From contig CM119270.1 of assembly GCA_051294375.1 (NCBI GenBank), positions 3,013,562-3,077,561 on the forward strand: a DNA stretch of 64,000 nt. The letters are read 5' to 3'. Positions 50,200-63,790 of the stretch are shown one piece after another. The notes under the pieces are model-generated. The model searched no databases. It saw only the letters and a program-made list of their open reading frames with translations, and was not told the DNA's origin. Within the stretch, counting starts at the first letter, position 1, and each line of letters begins with the position of its first letter. Source of the DNA: Paraspadella gotoi. Its lineage: Eukaryota; Animalia; Chaetognatha. Both the position numbers and the translations under genes were made by a program.

Positions 50200-53100
50200 T
50201 TGAGTCTTTTCGTTTGGAACCCAAATTTTTGACATAATTTTTTAATAATTAGTGGAAACTATTGATAAATAGTATAAAAAAGTCGTTAAATGATTGAGTG
50301 ATAAAAAAAAAAAACTTTCTATCTGAAACAAAAATAGTAAGTCTAATAAATTTAAGCGAACGAAACGTGATTTTTGTGTAAAAAAATATAAATTTAAAAA
50401 AAAAAACATTATTTTGAGGCAATAAAAACTAGAGGACCATCGACAATTTCAAAAGGGGGCGTGGCCACGATTTTCTTTCCTTGCAAAAAAAGGTCCATTT
50501 ACTTCGAATTGGCCGAAAACGCGTTTTTTACTGTAGAAAGAATCACTTTTCTTTTAAATTCGATGTACAAGGAATCCACGGTACAGCGCCTGGTTTTGTA
50601 CTTCTNNNNNNNNNNNNNNNNNNNNNNNNNNNNNNNNNNNNNNNNNNNNNNNNNNNNNNNNNNNNNNNNNNNNNNNNNNNNNNNNNNNNNNNNNNNNNNN
50701 NNNNNNNNNNNNNNNNNNNNNNNNNNNNNNNNNNNNNNNNNNNNNNNNNNNNNNNNNNNNNNNNNNNNNNNNNNNNNNNNNNNNNNNNNNNNNNNNNNNN
50801 NNNNNNNNNNNNNNNNNNNNNNCCATTTTTTTTCAATTTTCATTTTTCTTTCCTGTTTTGTTATTTTCTTCCTTCCTTGTCTTAATCTTCTTTTTCTCAT
50901 CGACTGCCTTTCCTTCTCGTCGTCGTCGTCGTCGCTCCTCCTCCTCCTCTTCCTCCTCCTCCTCCTCCTCCTTAGATCGGTTGAGTCCATCGACCAGAAT
51001 TTCTTTCTCTTTTCTTCTTCGTTTCGTCGTTCGTCTTCATTCGTCGTTCGTCGTCCTTCGTCTTCCTCATCGTCGTCGTTTCGTCTTCGTATTTTTTTTT
51101 CTCTCGATTTTCTAATCGAATATTTTTTTTTATTCCAACTTTTTCTTCGTTTCTCTGGGTGTATGAATATAAGATTTTTTTTTTACATTTTACTTGTATT
51201 CATTCCTTTCTTTTTTATTATCATGCTTTATAAATGATGAAATTCTAATTCATTTCATGGTCATTGAGAAAAAAAAATAATTTCTTTCCACACAATATTT
51301 CCATGAACGACCATAAATATAAATGTATTTATACATTAGAAGTTCTTTTCGGTAATGAGTTCGTAAAACCTTTTTATTTCTTAAAATTTGTGTTATATTT
51401 TCTATGAGTAGAACCGGAGCCAGACTTAAGTTTTTATTCCCGAACCCCCCCCCAAAAAAACAACCAAAAAAACAACTAAAGTGCATAAAGAAAAAACTCA
51501 AAAAAGGTCACGTGACTACTAGAAAATCGTAAAAACCTGCGCACGCGCGTGAACTTTTCGACGAAACTTATGTTCAAAGTCAGTGTTGTATGAAGCCCGG
51601 GCGATGTCCGGGCTTTGTAATTTAACAAAAAAAACCGTCTCATTCGACCGAAAATGTTTTTTTTTTGAACTCGCTGAGGTGCTCGGGAAAATGATGGATT
51701 TTAGATTTGGTTCGACTTAAAAAAAAACAAAAACATCTAGGGTTAAATACGATCTTCTAGTAGTCCACGTGACCCTTTTTGAGTTTGTTCCTTTATGCAC
51801 TTTAGTATATGTTTTTTGTTGTTTTTTTTTGTTCTGCTGCTCGTCTTGCTGCTCTCTGCGGTCTAATACTCAGTGCATACTGGCTACATATACGGAACTG
51901 TTAAGAGTCTCTGTCGTCGGTTCTACTCATAGTAAATATTACACAAATTTATAATCGAATAAAACTAAGGTCATCTTTCGTACCTCTCCCGAATAACCTT
52001 CTTACCCGCCAAAAAAAATCTTTCTAATGTATTAATACATATATCTATGGTCGTTCATGGAATATTGTGTAGGAAAGAACATTAATTTTTTATTTTCTCT
52101 ATATACACCGGATATCATGCATAAGCAATATTCATCCATGTTTTACAAGGCATGATAATAAAAAGAGAGGAATGAATACAATGTATAATGTTAAAAAATA
52201 GGGCAATTCTCTTAGTATATCCAGTCTTATTACACCAGGACGCACCGAAGAAAAAGTGAATAAAATAAACGAACTACCTGTCACACATACGGATCGAAGA
52301 ACGTCCGAGAGCGAACGTAAGACCAATCAGTACTTGACTCTTGCGTTTTAGCTCGATGAGTCGCACGGGCGACGGTTCTGTGTGTAGATAACAAGAACGA
52401 AATACGTATCGAGAACGTAGAATGCAGTATTACGTAAGACCGTTGGACAGCGAATACAGAAAAGAGTTTAAGAATGATTTTTGGATTGGACTTGTGTTGC
52501 ACACATCATTGATTACAGAGAAGTCAGAGCAGCGCATTGGTAGGAGGAGCGAGCGATGATCAGTGTAGGAGTAGCTGGAGAGATATGTAGTTAGGTGCAC
52601 CAGAAACGACGACGCCAGCGAAGGAAGGCAGTCTCGTTAGGCCTGCCCAGGAAAGAGAAAGATTTAAAGACAGAATCAGCGCAATAGGTAAGCTTGATCG
52701 TCCAATTATCACCGAGAAACGCAAGCTGTAGTCATTCACGCAGATCGCAAATATTATGCAAAATTGAGAAAAGAAGAAAATGGTTATGGAGCGACAGAAG
52801 ACTGGAGAGAGCCGTTGAGTGATCCGCAGAAACCTTTAGAAGATTTGATTGGATGAAGGAGAAGGAAGGGTTTACGTTGTGTCCTCGATGTGTAACCAAT
52901 GACGGTTGAGAAAAAACAAGTGTAATTGGAGAGGACACTTTGGCGGACCCAAAGTGCAGAAGGGCGTGCATGAGCTTCGAATGAAGACAATGAGGTCGAA
53001 AACTGTGGGGAGTAGAAGAGGCTCTTCGAAACCATCAATGCACCTTCGGTGAAAGATGTGTGGATGTCGAGAGAAGAGAAGATTGACACCCAAGATTCCG

Positions 53101-54055
53101 TCTATCATTTCATGCAAGACTGTCCGGCGCACAATGACGCATCGTACGCGGATTTCAACGATTCCCTCGTACAGGTCGTCATACTTAATGAGGGCTTGTG
53201 GGTTATAGATGTGCATTGTTTCGAAAAGTTGAAATTCTCTTTGCTTTAAAAACTCCAAGTTTCTTAAGAAAATGAGGAATTATGTTTGTCTTGTGTCCTT
53301 TATTTGCGATCATTTGTTTTAGACAATGTTTTCTGCGCAAACGCCGATCGTACTTAGAAACCAAATCGAAAGTACGAAGAACACAGAGCGCATGTTCGAT
53401 GCGTCCTTGTACACCTCGAATGATCTCTTCACAAAGGATAATCAGTGTTATATAATCTTTCTTACCTTTACGGACTTAATACAATAACCTTTTCGAGCCG
53501 ATCTAAGTTACTGGAGCCTCGTATATTCTTTGCTATGAGCAAGCATCATACAAGTCGTCAAGAGGCACGAACCACTCGCTTCATTCTGCTGTATTACATA
53601 TGTGCGATGTCGGCATGGACATTAGGCGCCTGTTTCTGACTCCTCAATGTCAGAGCTCGGGATTTTTAGTGTACCTCCATATTCTATCTACATCGTTGTT
53701 TTTTCAAAATTTATCTTCATTTATAGTTACTTTAATGCTCAGTACATATATCCTGCAGCGAGATTGTCGTTCGCGACTTTGTGAGAATCAACCTACAAAT
53801 TATAATAGATGTTATTTAATAGTCGTTTTTTCTGAGTATGAAGTGATTGATAGAAAGTTTTAGTCACTCATGAGGGACTTGACTGGGCATGGAATTCTCT
53901 CTTCTCACGATATTTTATATACAATTTCCTGCCCATAGTTTGTCCGTCCGTATCTCTCATTTGTATTCAGAAGGAATATTTTCCTGACGTCGCTTCTTGA
54001 GTAGCAACGATCCCAATTACCACAAATCGCGCCCACGTCAAATTGATGCTCCCAG
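50200..54055. other. large imperfect inverted duplication (fold-back), probably long-read chimera artefact
   Basis: 51755-54055 is an insertion-riddled reverse complement of ~51520 back to ~50200 (e.g. ccatgaacgaccata/tatggtcgttcatgg, gatgtacaagga/tccttgtaca). Confidence 0.8.
52930..53210 (-). CDS. RING-H2 zinc-finger coding segment (noisy sequence)
   Basis: CVI(C)...HIFHRRCID...C(P)FC motif, recoverable with small indels. Confidence 0.45.
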
Positions 54056-55759
54056 ANNNNNNNNNNNNNNNNNNNNNNNNNAAAAAAAAAAGGAAAAAAT
54101 GGGAGAAGGGGGTGGGCAAGATAACGCGATGGCACAGCGCTCGCGCCGGTGTTTTTGTTTCATGAGATTTTCCGATGATTTACGAGCTTCAACTTCAACT
54201 TCTTGATGAACCGGGCGACGCAACCAGCGTCGAAGTTTAATTACGTTTTTATGGATTTAATAGTTTCTCTCCTCAGTTAAAACCGTTTAAACCGCACTGG
54301 GGGGTTTATTCGCGTTCGGGTCGAAATATGAACGGTTGATCGTGACCGAGGAAGATGAGAACGTCTTAAGACTCGGAGTGCCGAAGAAAATGTCCGGTCG
54401 ATGACCCCGGGAAAAAAAAAAAGAAAGAGTCATTCTTTGGTTGCTTAACGACCGCGTGAGTCTCACCATTCGTGTCACTGACAATGACGGTGTCAGACTG
54501 TCATCGTTTGGCGGAAAAAAAAAAAATCCCGACGCAAAAATCACAAAGACCCGAAGACGAAATAAATTGTGAAAATGCTATTCGTGATAAATGTGAAAGT
54601 TTCGCTCGTCAGTCACACCCGACAATTCCGATCGAAATATTTCCTCATTAAACTTTTCCTATTCGCGATAAAAGTTATCACGTTTGAGTCTGAGAAAATA
54701 AATGTGATTACGATTATCACGTGAATCGTTTTCACGTCCGATTCGATCCATCACTTTCACTGTCTCTTCGTCTCGCACGGTCTCTCTTTCCATTTCGCTT
54801 TCACGGTTACCATGACGACCTTTCTAGAGTTTTTTTTTTATTTTCTTTTCCTTCCATCTTTTTCCTCTCATCCTTAATTATTTCTAAGAAATGTTCCTTT
54901 TTTCTTAGCTAATCCTTTTTTTTTNNNNNNNNNNNNNNNNNNNNNNNNNNNNNNNNNNNNNNNNNNNNNNNNNNNNNNNNNNNNNNNNNNNNNNNNNNNN
55001 NNNNNNNNNNNNNNNNNNNNNNNNNNNNNNNNNNNNNNNNNNNNNNNNNNNNNNNNNNNNNNNNNNNNNNNNNNNNNNNNNNNNNNNNNNNNNNNNNNNN
55101 NNNNNNNNNNNNNNNNNNNNNNNNNNNNNNNNNNNNNNNNNNNNNNNNNNNNNNNNNNNNNNNNNNNNNNNNNNNNNNNNNNNNNNNNNNNNNNNNNNNN
55201 NNNNNNNNNNNNNNNNNNNNNNNNNNNNNNNNNNNNNNNNNNNNNNNNNNNNNNNNNNNNNNNNNNNNNNNNNNNNNNNNNNNNNNNNNNNNNNNNNNNN
55301 NNNNNNNNNNNNNNNNNNNNNNNNNNNNNNNNNNNNNNNNNNNNNNNNNNNNNNNNNNNNNNNNNNNNNNNNNNNNNNNNNNNNNAAACTTTTTCAACTT
55401 TTCTTCTTTTCCTTCGTTAAAATATATGCAAATTAACTTTTTTTTAAATTTAAATCTTTAACGAGGACCGCAAATCTTTGAACGCGGAATTAATGGAGAA
55501 AAGAGAGAAAAAAATTAACAAAGGATGTAAAAACTCCCGCGAAAAAAAAAATAAACGTAACGACGACACGCTTTTTTCCCCCTGTTCGCTCTATTTAAAG
55601 TTAAAGTTTTCGGACCAAAGTCAAACTTCGACGAAAAAAAGTTCTTTTTTTCCTGTTTTTTTTTCTGAAAAGAAAAAAACAAAAAATGTTTCGTTTCGCC
55701 AGGTAAATATGAGCGTACGGGGGCCGGGAGGGAGCAGGGAGATGGAGAGGAGACCGGGT

Positions 55760-57460
55760 AAAGGAGAGAGAGGGGAGGAGGGAGAGGAGAGTAGGGAGAA
55801 TGAGAGGGAGAGGAGAGAGAGAGAGAGAGAGACGAGCTGAGAGAGAGAGAGAGGAGAAAGAGAGAGAGGGAAGGAGAGAGAGAAGTGAGAGAGAGAGAAG
55901 AGGAGAGAGAGAAGAAGAGCGAAGAGAGGAAGAGGAGCAGCAGGAGGAGGAGAGAGGATGAAGGAGAGAGGAGAGAGGAGAGAGAGAGAGGGAAGAAAGA
56001 GGCAGAGGAGAGAGGAAAGAGAGAAGACGCGAAGGCGAAGAAGATGAGGGAGAGGGCGAGATGAGCGGGAGAGAGAGAGAGGAGGAGGCGAGAGAGGTGA
56101 GGAGGAGAGGAGAGGTGAGTACGGAGAGAGAGAAGAAGGACGGAGGGAGGAAGAGAGGGAGATAGGGGGAGAGAGGAGAGGGAGAAGAGGGAGAGCGGGG
56201 GAGGAAGGGGAGAGAAGAGGGCAGAGAGGAGAGCGAGTGAGAGGACGGAGAGAGAGAGGGAGAGCGTAGAGAGAGACGAGAGAGAGGAGAGAGAGTAGAG
56301 AGAGAGAAGACGAGAGGATGAGGGAGAGAAGGGAGAAGGGAGAGACGAGAGGAGAGATAGGAAAGGAAGGGGAAGCGCAGAGAAGAGAGAGAGAAGGGCA
56401 AGGGAGAGAAGGAGAAGAGAGAAGAGGGAAGGAGAGAGGAGTAGAGAAGGAAGAGGTGAGACGGAAGAGAAGAGGAGAGAGAGGTAGGTGGAGGAGAGAG
56501 AGGGAGAGGGAGGAGAGAGAGAAGGAGAGAGAGAGAGTAGAGGGAGGCAGAGGGAGAGACGAGAGAGGACGTAGGAGGAGACCTGAGAGAGACAAAGGGA
56601 GTGGAGAGAGAGAGTCAGATGAGAGAAGGGAGAGAAGAGAGAGGGAAGAGAGAGAGGACGGGAGAAGAGATGGGGAGAGAGGAGAAGGCAAGAGGAGAGG
56701 GAGAGAGATGAGGGAAGGAGAAAGGGCAGGAGAGAAGAAAGAAGATGGAGAGAGAGATGAGAGGGAGAGAAGGGAGGGAGGGAGAGAGGAGAGAGAGAGA
56801 AGAGAGAGAAGGAGGCAGCAGAGAGAGGAGAAAGAGGAGGAGAAGGAGAAGAGAAGGATAGGGGGATAGGAAAAGGGAGAGGAGAGAAGGATATGAAGGA
56901 TGAGAGGAGTGAGTACGGAGTAGAGGAGAGAGAGGGAGAGGAGGAGGAGAGAGCAGAGCAGACGAGAGAGGGATGAGAAGAGAGGGAGAGAAGAGAGACA
57001 GAGAGAAGGGAGAGAGAGAGAGATGGAAGAGAGAGAAAGAGGAGAGGGAAGCGAGAGAGAGGGAGAGACAGAGAGAGGTGACAGAGGGATGAGGAGAGAG
57101 GGAAGAGACGAGAGAGAGGGGAGAGGGAGTTTAGAGAAGAGCGTGAGAGGTGATTTGCAGATTATTTGAGAGGGAGAGAGAGAGGGAAGAGAGAGAGGAG
57201 AGGAAGCGAGAGAAAGGAGCATTGTAAGAGAGAAACGAGAGAGCGAGAGAGACGAGAGGACGAAGAGAGAGAGGGAAGAGGCAGAGAGAGACCGAGAGAG
57301 AAGAGATGAGGAGTGAGAGACGACGGTTTAGAGAAGAGAGAGAGGCCGAGAGGGGAGCAGGAGATAGAAGACGAGGAGAGAAGAGGACGAGCAGGAGAGA
57401 CGAGAGGACGAGGGAGAGAAGAGAGAGTAGAGAGAGGAGAGAGGGAAGCGGAGATCTCTC
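55760..57460. repeat. long degenerate GA-rich purine tract
   Basis: About 1.7 kb almost entirely G/A on the + strand. Confidence 0.95.
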
Positions 57461-57610
57461 TCTTCTTTTTTNNNNNNNNNNNNNNNNNNNNNNNNNTTGA
57501 ATATCGATGCGAAAAGAGAGAAAGAAGTTACAATCTCGTTTCACAACCGACAATGTATCTAGTCTACGCATCTTTTTTTTTCGTTTAATCGATTCCCCAA
57601 AAATTATCTA

Positions 57611-57835
57611 GGCACTATTTTCCGAAAGCGCCTGATTACAGTGTCTAAATACGTAATTCAATCCCTAACTCTGACCTAATCCCCAATCCGAATCTCTAAC
57701 TCTATTCCCTAACTCTAATCCGAACTCTAATCCTAACTTAATCCTCAATCATAATGTCCTATCTAATTTTTAAACCAAAAAATTAATTTTAATCCTAATT
57801 CATGATGAAACGGGGCGTTTTGGGAAACTAAGGCC
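57611..57835 (+). mobile_element. complete MITE-like element with ~22-bp TIRs and CCCTAA-like interior
   Basis: 5' ggcactattttccgaaagcgcc and 3' ggggcgttttgggaaactaaggcc are imperfect inverted repeats; interior ccctaac/cctaatcc hexamer variants. Confidence 0.65.
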
Positions 57836-58372
57836 CGTCTTTATTTGTTCATATTTGTTTTAATGATTTTAAAAATTATAATGAGCTCTCAGTTTGTTTT
57901 TTTTTTGTTTATTAAAATTTAAACTTTTATTTGAATCATAACCAAAATATTGAGTTCGATGACCCGAAAAATGACAGAATCTTTTTTTTTATTTTAATTT
58001 TTTTTACTTTTCTTTTTAAACAAAAAAACCAAAATAAACTTAACTTAACCCGATGGATCTCAATCTTTGCTCGCGTCCTTGATTCAATGACACTTATTTT
58101 CTCACTTATGACACTCGATGACACTTATTTTCTCACTTGTGACACTTTTTTTATTACACTCGACGGGTTTTTCGATCTACGTCCAACGTCAACACATTTT
58201 TTTTCCGTTTTTGAAGCAACTACAACTCATTGCAACACGGACTCACAGGATCAGAGTCAGAGGAATACAGAAATTACAGCAAGTACGTTGCATCATCGAC
58301 TTTGCCGCAACCTCACGACCTCGCCAGGCCCGGGCGTCCCCGTGTCTAATTCCCTAGAAAAGAAGAAAAAAC

Positions 58373-58409
<37 letters not shown>

Positions 58410-60525
58410 TCCTGATGCAAGAAAAAACTTCCTTGAAATTACCAAAAAATGATAATGAATTTTCCCCGTTTCTAGGGATAGAGAGTTATGAAGAGCTGAT
58501 CCGGATCGAGAAGAGAGAGTGAGAGCGACGAGAGAGGTGGACGCGACAATCCTCAATCGAGAAACGAGCGACTATGGATCTCGTTGAGACGATCGAGATC
58601 CGCGTCGAGATTCTTGTGCAGGAGCAGGCGCCGATGAGAGACATTAGCAGATACGAGGAGAGTTTTTGTTACCGAGAACAATGATCGAGTAGACGAGAAA
58701 AAATGAGAGCGCTCCATGATTCCCTCGTCTCATAACTTTTTTTCTAACAAACTCATTTGTGTTTCAAATTTTATTCCAGCTGTTTTCTCCTTCAGATTCT
58801 TATATTATTCTCTATTTTTTAATTTCCTATTACATCTTTATTTTTTAAATTCTCCTATTCATCTCATCTTGAGATTTTTCCCAATTCTTCCTATTTTTAA
58901 TTTATTCTTTAATTCGTCACATTATTCTTTCTCTCTTAAATTCTCCTTAATTCTTTTTCTATTTAAATTCTCCGTTTATCATCAATCTATATTTTTTTCA
59001 ATTCCTCCCAATTCTTCTATTTAACATTTATTTAATTCTTTTTTCCTATTCTTTCTATTTTAATTACTCCTAATTACTTCTATTTAATTTCTCCTATTCA
59101 TTCTATTATAATTCCTCCTCAATTTTCTTCTTCTATTTAATATTACGTTTTAATTCTCCCTATTCTTCCTATTTAATTCTCCTATTCATATTCTATTCTT
59201 AATTTTCTCCTATTCAATCTATTTTTAATTCTCCAATTCTTCTACTTTAATTATTTTAAATTCTCCTATTCTTACCTTTCTATTTAATTCTTCCTCATTC
59301 TTCTATTTAATTCGTCCTTTATTTCTTCTAATTTAATTCTTTTTCTCTTATTTCTTTTCTCACTTTAATTTCTTCTACTCTTCTTTTTTCTGTTTTAATT
59401 CCTCCTATCTTCCGTTGTTCCTTCCCAATCTTGTCTCTGCTCCCCCATTCTTACATTTTTTTTAGTTCTACAAAGGAAACAAAAAAACTGCTATTTTTAA
59501 AAGAATTTTTAAATAAAATCAACAAAAATTAAGAATCTCAGAGGTAAATATCAACCCACAACCACTATCTTCTCGTTTTATCTAAAAATATACAGAAATT
59601 CTTATTTCCACTATTTAAAACTCAATTAACGCGAATTCTATCATACAGACTTGTCAGTAAATATTCCTCTTTATTCGTATACTATAACGGTCCTCCTCTC
59701 CTACTCCCTTGTATTTTCATGTTCCCTCTAATCCTTCATTCCAATTGATACTTTGTCCTGTTTTTCTCTCCTCTGGCATTACTTTCCTCCTTCCCAATCT
59801 CCTTCCCTATCTTTTTCTTTATTCTTACTCTACCTTATCTACCACAAATTTTTTTTGCTTTATTAATTTTTATCTTCATTTCTGCTCCTGTCTCTACTTC
59901 TCAATTTCAATTCTATTCTTCTCGGCCCCCACCCTTTTCTTTTATTTCCATCTTCAGTATCTCTGTTCCCTTTTCTCCCCCCTGCCCTTCTCTTTCCTTC
60001 CTTCATGTCTCTCTCGGCCACTTTTTCTTCCTTTCGATCTTCTTCCCCACTTTCTCCTTTCCTCCCTCTCCCCTTCTTCTTCCCTCCCTTCCCGTTCCTC
60101 CGACTTCCCGCTTCCCCCTTTACTCCTCTTCTTCCCCTTCTGTCCTTTCCTCCAATTAGCTGTCCTCCTCGAATCATTTCCTTTTTTTACTCCCTTTTCC
60201 TTTTTCCTCCACGCCGCCGCCATATTCTCGCAGTGTTCCATTTCCGCTCTTCATCACCTTTTTTGTTTCGATTCCTTGCCACCACCAGCGTCGCCAGACG
60301 GACCGCCAGACGCACGCAGCAGGTCGCTAATCAGCCGCATAACGAAGCTGCTGGGTGGATAGCGATGCTCTTTGAAAAAAAAAATAGCCTGCTGCTGCTG
60401 TTTGCTCCGAAGGGGCCGCTGGCAGCAGGAACGGGAAAAAGCGACCACCAACGCCCCAAAAAGAACTTTTATTTTTTTCTTTTCTGGTCTCACCGGCCGT
60501 GCCAAATTTAGGAAAAACTCTCTCT

Positions 60526-60587
<62 letters not shown>

Positions 60588-63500
60588 ACTCTCTCCTCTC
60601 TCTCTCTCTCTCCCATCCCTCATTCCTGATCTCGAAGAAATAGGTTAAGAATGTCGGGTACGCCCCGCTCGAACAAAGAAGCTTTTACCGCACCCGTCTT
60701 CTGGAGAAAATTCGTTTTATGCACGAGAAAAAGTTTCGCTAAATCGCATTTCGACGTTGGCTATCGGCAAGAAAAGAGTGGGCGGCGGATCGAGAAGGAG
60801 CCGGTCTTCAGATGGCTGCATTTTTGCCATCTATTAAGCCTATCTTGCCCCTGGAAGGCCTTTCTGTGTGTTAAAGGCTTCCGGTCAGCTCTTACAAACG
60901 CATAAAGACCATAGCAGCGTCCTTGCAAGCATTTAATCTCTCTTCATTACTCTTCACCAGTCTCGCTTTAATTCACTCGCAGTGAGCTCACCTGGTCCCT
61001 TATCTATGAAGGTGGTATAATATTTCATAAGAATGATTCAAATTGTAATCCCACCTCAATTATACGACTTTTTATGTATTCTTTTTATTTTTACTATTTT
61101 CTGCTTCTCGTGCACCGTTTCAAGCCATACTTTGGACCTCTTTCTGAACAAGAGTTTTTTTAGAGCCATTTTTTAAATCTGATTGCTCAAAGGAGAGTTT
61201 AACCAACTCTCCCGAAGATTGTGTCTCTTAATATGCTATGTTATATTTTTAGTCGCCCTGCCTCTCTTCTTACTCTTTACCTCTCTCTTCTCTCTCCTCT
61301 CTCTTCTCTATCTTTCTCTCTCTGACTTTCATCTTACGTCAGTTCAATCTTACGTCTCTTTACATCAATTCTTTCTCTCCCTCTCTTCTCTCATCATACA
61401 TGCTTCTCCGCTCGCACTCTTTGCTCTCATCTACTCTTGCTTCGGTCCATTCCTTTCATCCCAGTGTTTCTTTTCTGTCCTCGTAGCGGTTCGTTGTCGT
61501 TACGATTTTACGTCCGCATGACGTTCCTTCTCCCCTCTGCTGCCCGCGTCGTCTGTCACGTCGTCGCGTCGTCGTCGTCCGTCGTCTGTCGTCACGGTCA
61601 AAAAAGGGGTTCTTCAGCCACGTTCTTCTATCATACATTCTTTTAACATGGTTTCTAATTAGACTTCTCAGTTTACCTCCATCTATTTTCTTTTTCAATT
61701 ACGCAAAAAAGAACCCCAATTCACCAGGAGCCATGCAGGAGCCCGAGATGGCCATGAGCGAGGAAGAGGAGCCGGGAGCGAGGACGCGGTGTGGTGGCAG
61801 GCAGGCGAAGATGAGGCCACTGCTAAGCAGGAGGCAGGACTGCAGGATAAGGTGGGGAAGACAAGAATACAAAAGGATTAATCTCTTTCATTCAATCTTT
61901 CTTTCTTTTTTTTTTTATTATTTGTAATTATGTTTTCGGAATTTACAATATTCTCCATCCCTGCAGGCGCCGTACAATATATCTTTTTTAGCCTTCGGTG
62001 CACATCCTTTTTTTCTTTTTTTTGTTCTTTATTTCTCCAATATTTCGTTATCGAGATTACTCTAATTTCACCTTTTTGATAATTAACTGCTCTTAAACTA
62101 ATCGCTTTCTTTAAATATGGGCCAATTCTCTGTCTTTGCTTACCTTTTCATTTGCTGTCATCAAAGATCAAAAGCCGTTAACCCAAACATCAAAAAGATC
62201 TCTGCCATCACAAAGTCCTTCCGCATAATCTATCCAACAGCAACAGAGCAGGTACCTGAGCCCAAGACCAATTCGCCAAATTAACACAACAATCTTTAAA
62301 TCATGAAAAGCTTTGATCACTGTTTGTTGTTCGCTTGATGTTCCGTTGCATTGTTGCTTGTCGCTTTTCGTCGTCACAATTACCTGTAGACGTTTGCTTG
62401 CTCCCCCGCGAAAACAGGCCCCCCCACTTTAGTAAACAAACAAAGACACAATCAAACTTCGTACAAACGTAATTTTTTTCACGCCTCGTGTCCTCCCTCC
62501 CCCGCCTCTCGTCAGCTTCTCATTGACATTCCCATCAATAAAAAGGAAAATGAAAAAAAAAAACAGGAGAGAGAAAACACTGACCCAGATTTAACATCCG
62601 ACTGGCAGCGGCGTACAGACGGACACTCGCCCGAACTCCGCTGACATTTATGGACGGCAGTCGGGCGTCCACCGCATCTGCAAATCGAAAACGGGGCAGG
62701 AGGAGGAGAGCAGCGAGGAGCGCAGGGGCGAAAGAGGGTGAGCGATTTAATGATCGGGAGCTGAGTGCAGATTTAAGGAGCGCCGGGCAGATCGGAAGAA
62801 GGGAAAAGAGCGAAACTCGAAGTAAGCTTAAAAGAAAATGCAAAAGAGCCGAGAAAATAGGAGAAGGCGCAGGAAAACCAAAAGGGTTCAAGCCAGAATC
62901 ATGAAAAAATAAGAAACGCAATCAATTTAGTAAAAGAAAAACAGAACAGGAAAGGAAAGGTAAAGGATAAAGGAAAGCCGAACAAGGTAAAGGATAATGG
63001 AAAGCGAAAAAGGAAACGGAATATGTGCTAATGGTCCCTCTCACCGTCACTAAGCGCATGCTGACCATAAGGAAAGATAGCAATTTCCACCAGTCTACAC
63101 GCAGAAATATCTAGAACAGCATCTCATTGGGAAGAAGACAATGACGGCACCGAACGACGGAACGGAGCACGAACGACGACGACGACGACGACGTCGAAAT
63201 TGACAACCTCCCGAGTTTAGGAACGTTTCGCTCCCGATCGGCTGTCGTGTCTAGGTTATTTGATTTCGTTCCCGATCGGTTGTCGTCTACAAATTTCATT
63301 TCTTTTGGTTTCCATTCGGTGCAAGTGCTATTCGTTCTTTTACTAAAATGAGGCTTATTAAAAAATAGTTAGATAAGAGATATATTGTCGTGAATTTTCA
63401 TTACTTTAAATCAATAACCATCAATCGCACAATTGTATTTTTATTTACTGTATAAGTTTATATTCTTTTCTTTATTGTATAACTTTTCGTCGATCGATTT

Positions 63501-63716
63501 AAACATAAATTTTTATCATTTCTTTGTTTAATATTATTTATTTAGTCTCGTTTAATTTGATAAACATCTTTGAGGTCAGATTTCAGGCAATGTCAGTAAT
63601 TTTCCTCCAAGTATCGTAAACTCGCTGTCGTCTTTCTATCAGTCGTAATGTCTTCTTTCTGTCATTTTCTTTCTGTCATTTTTTTTTTGCGGCTCGAATT
63701 TCAACGACATGTGAGT

Positions 63717-63790
<74 letters not shown>

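Noticed and set aside
53040-53075. Plus-strand VKxVCGCRE resembling PI3K RBD LKVCGCDE
   Set aside because: It needs a frameshift and lies in the inverted artefact arm; the opposite-strand RING-H2 reading fits three motifs better.
55601-57222. 533-aa Leu/Ser-rich ORF
   Set aside because: Reverse complement of a GA low-complexity tract.
60651-62400. Coding-like stretches near 60.7 kb and 62.2 kb
   Set aside because: Noisy sequence, short frames and no recognisable homology.
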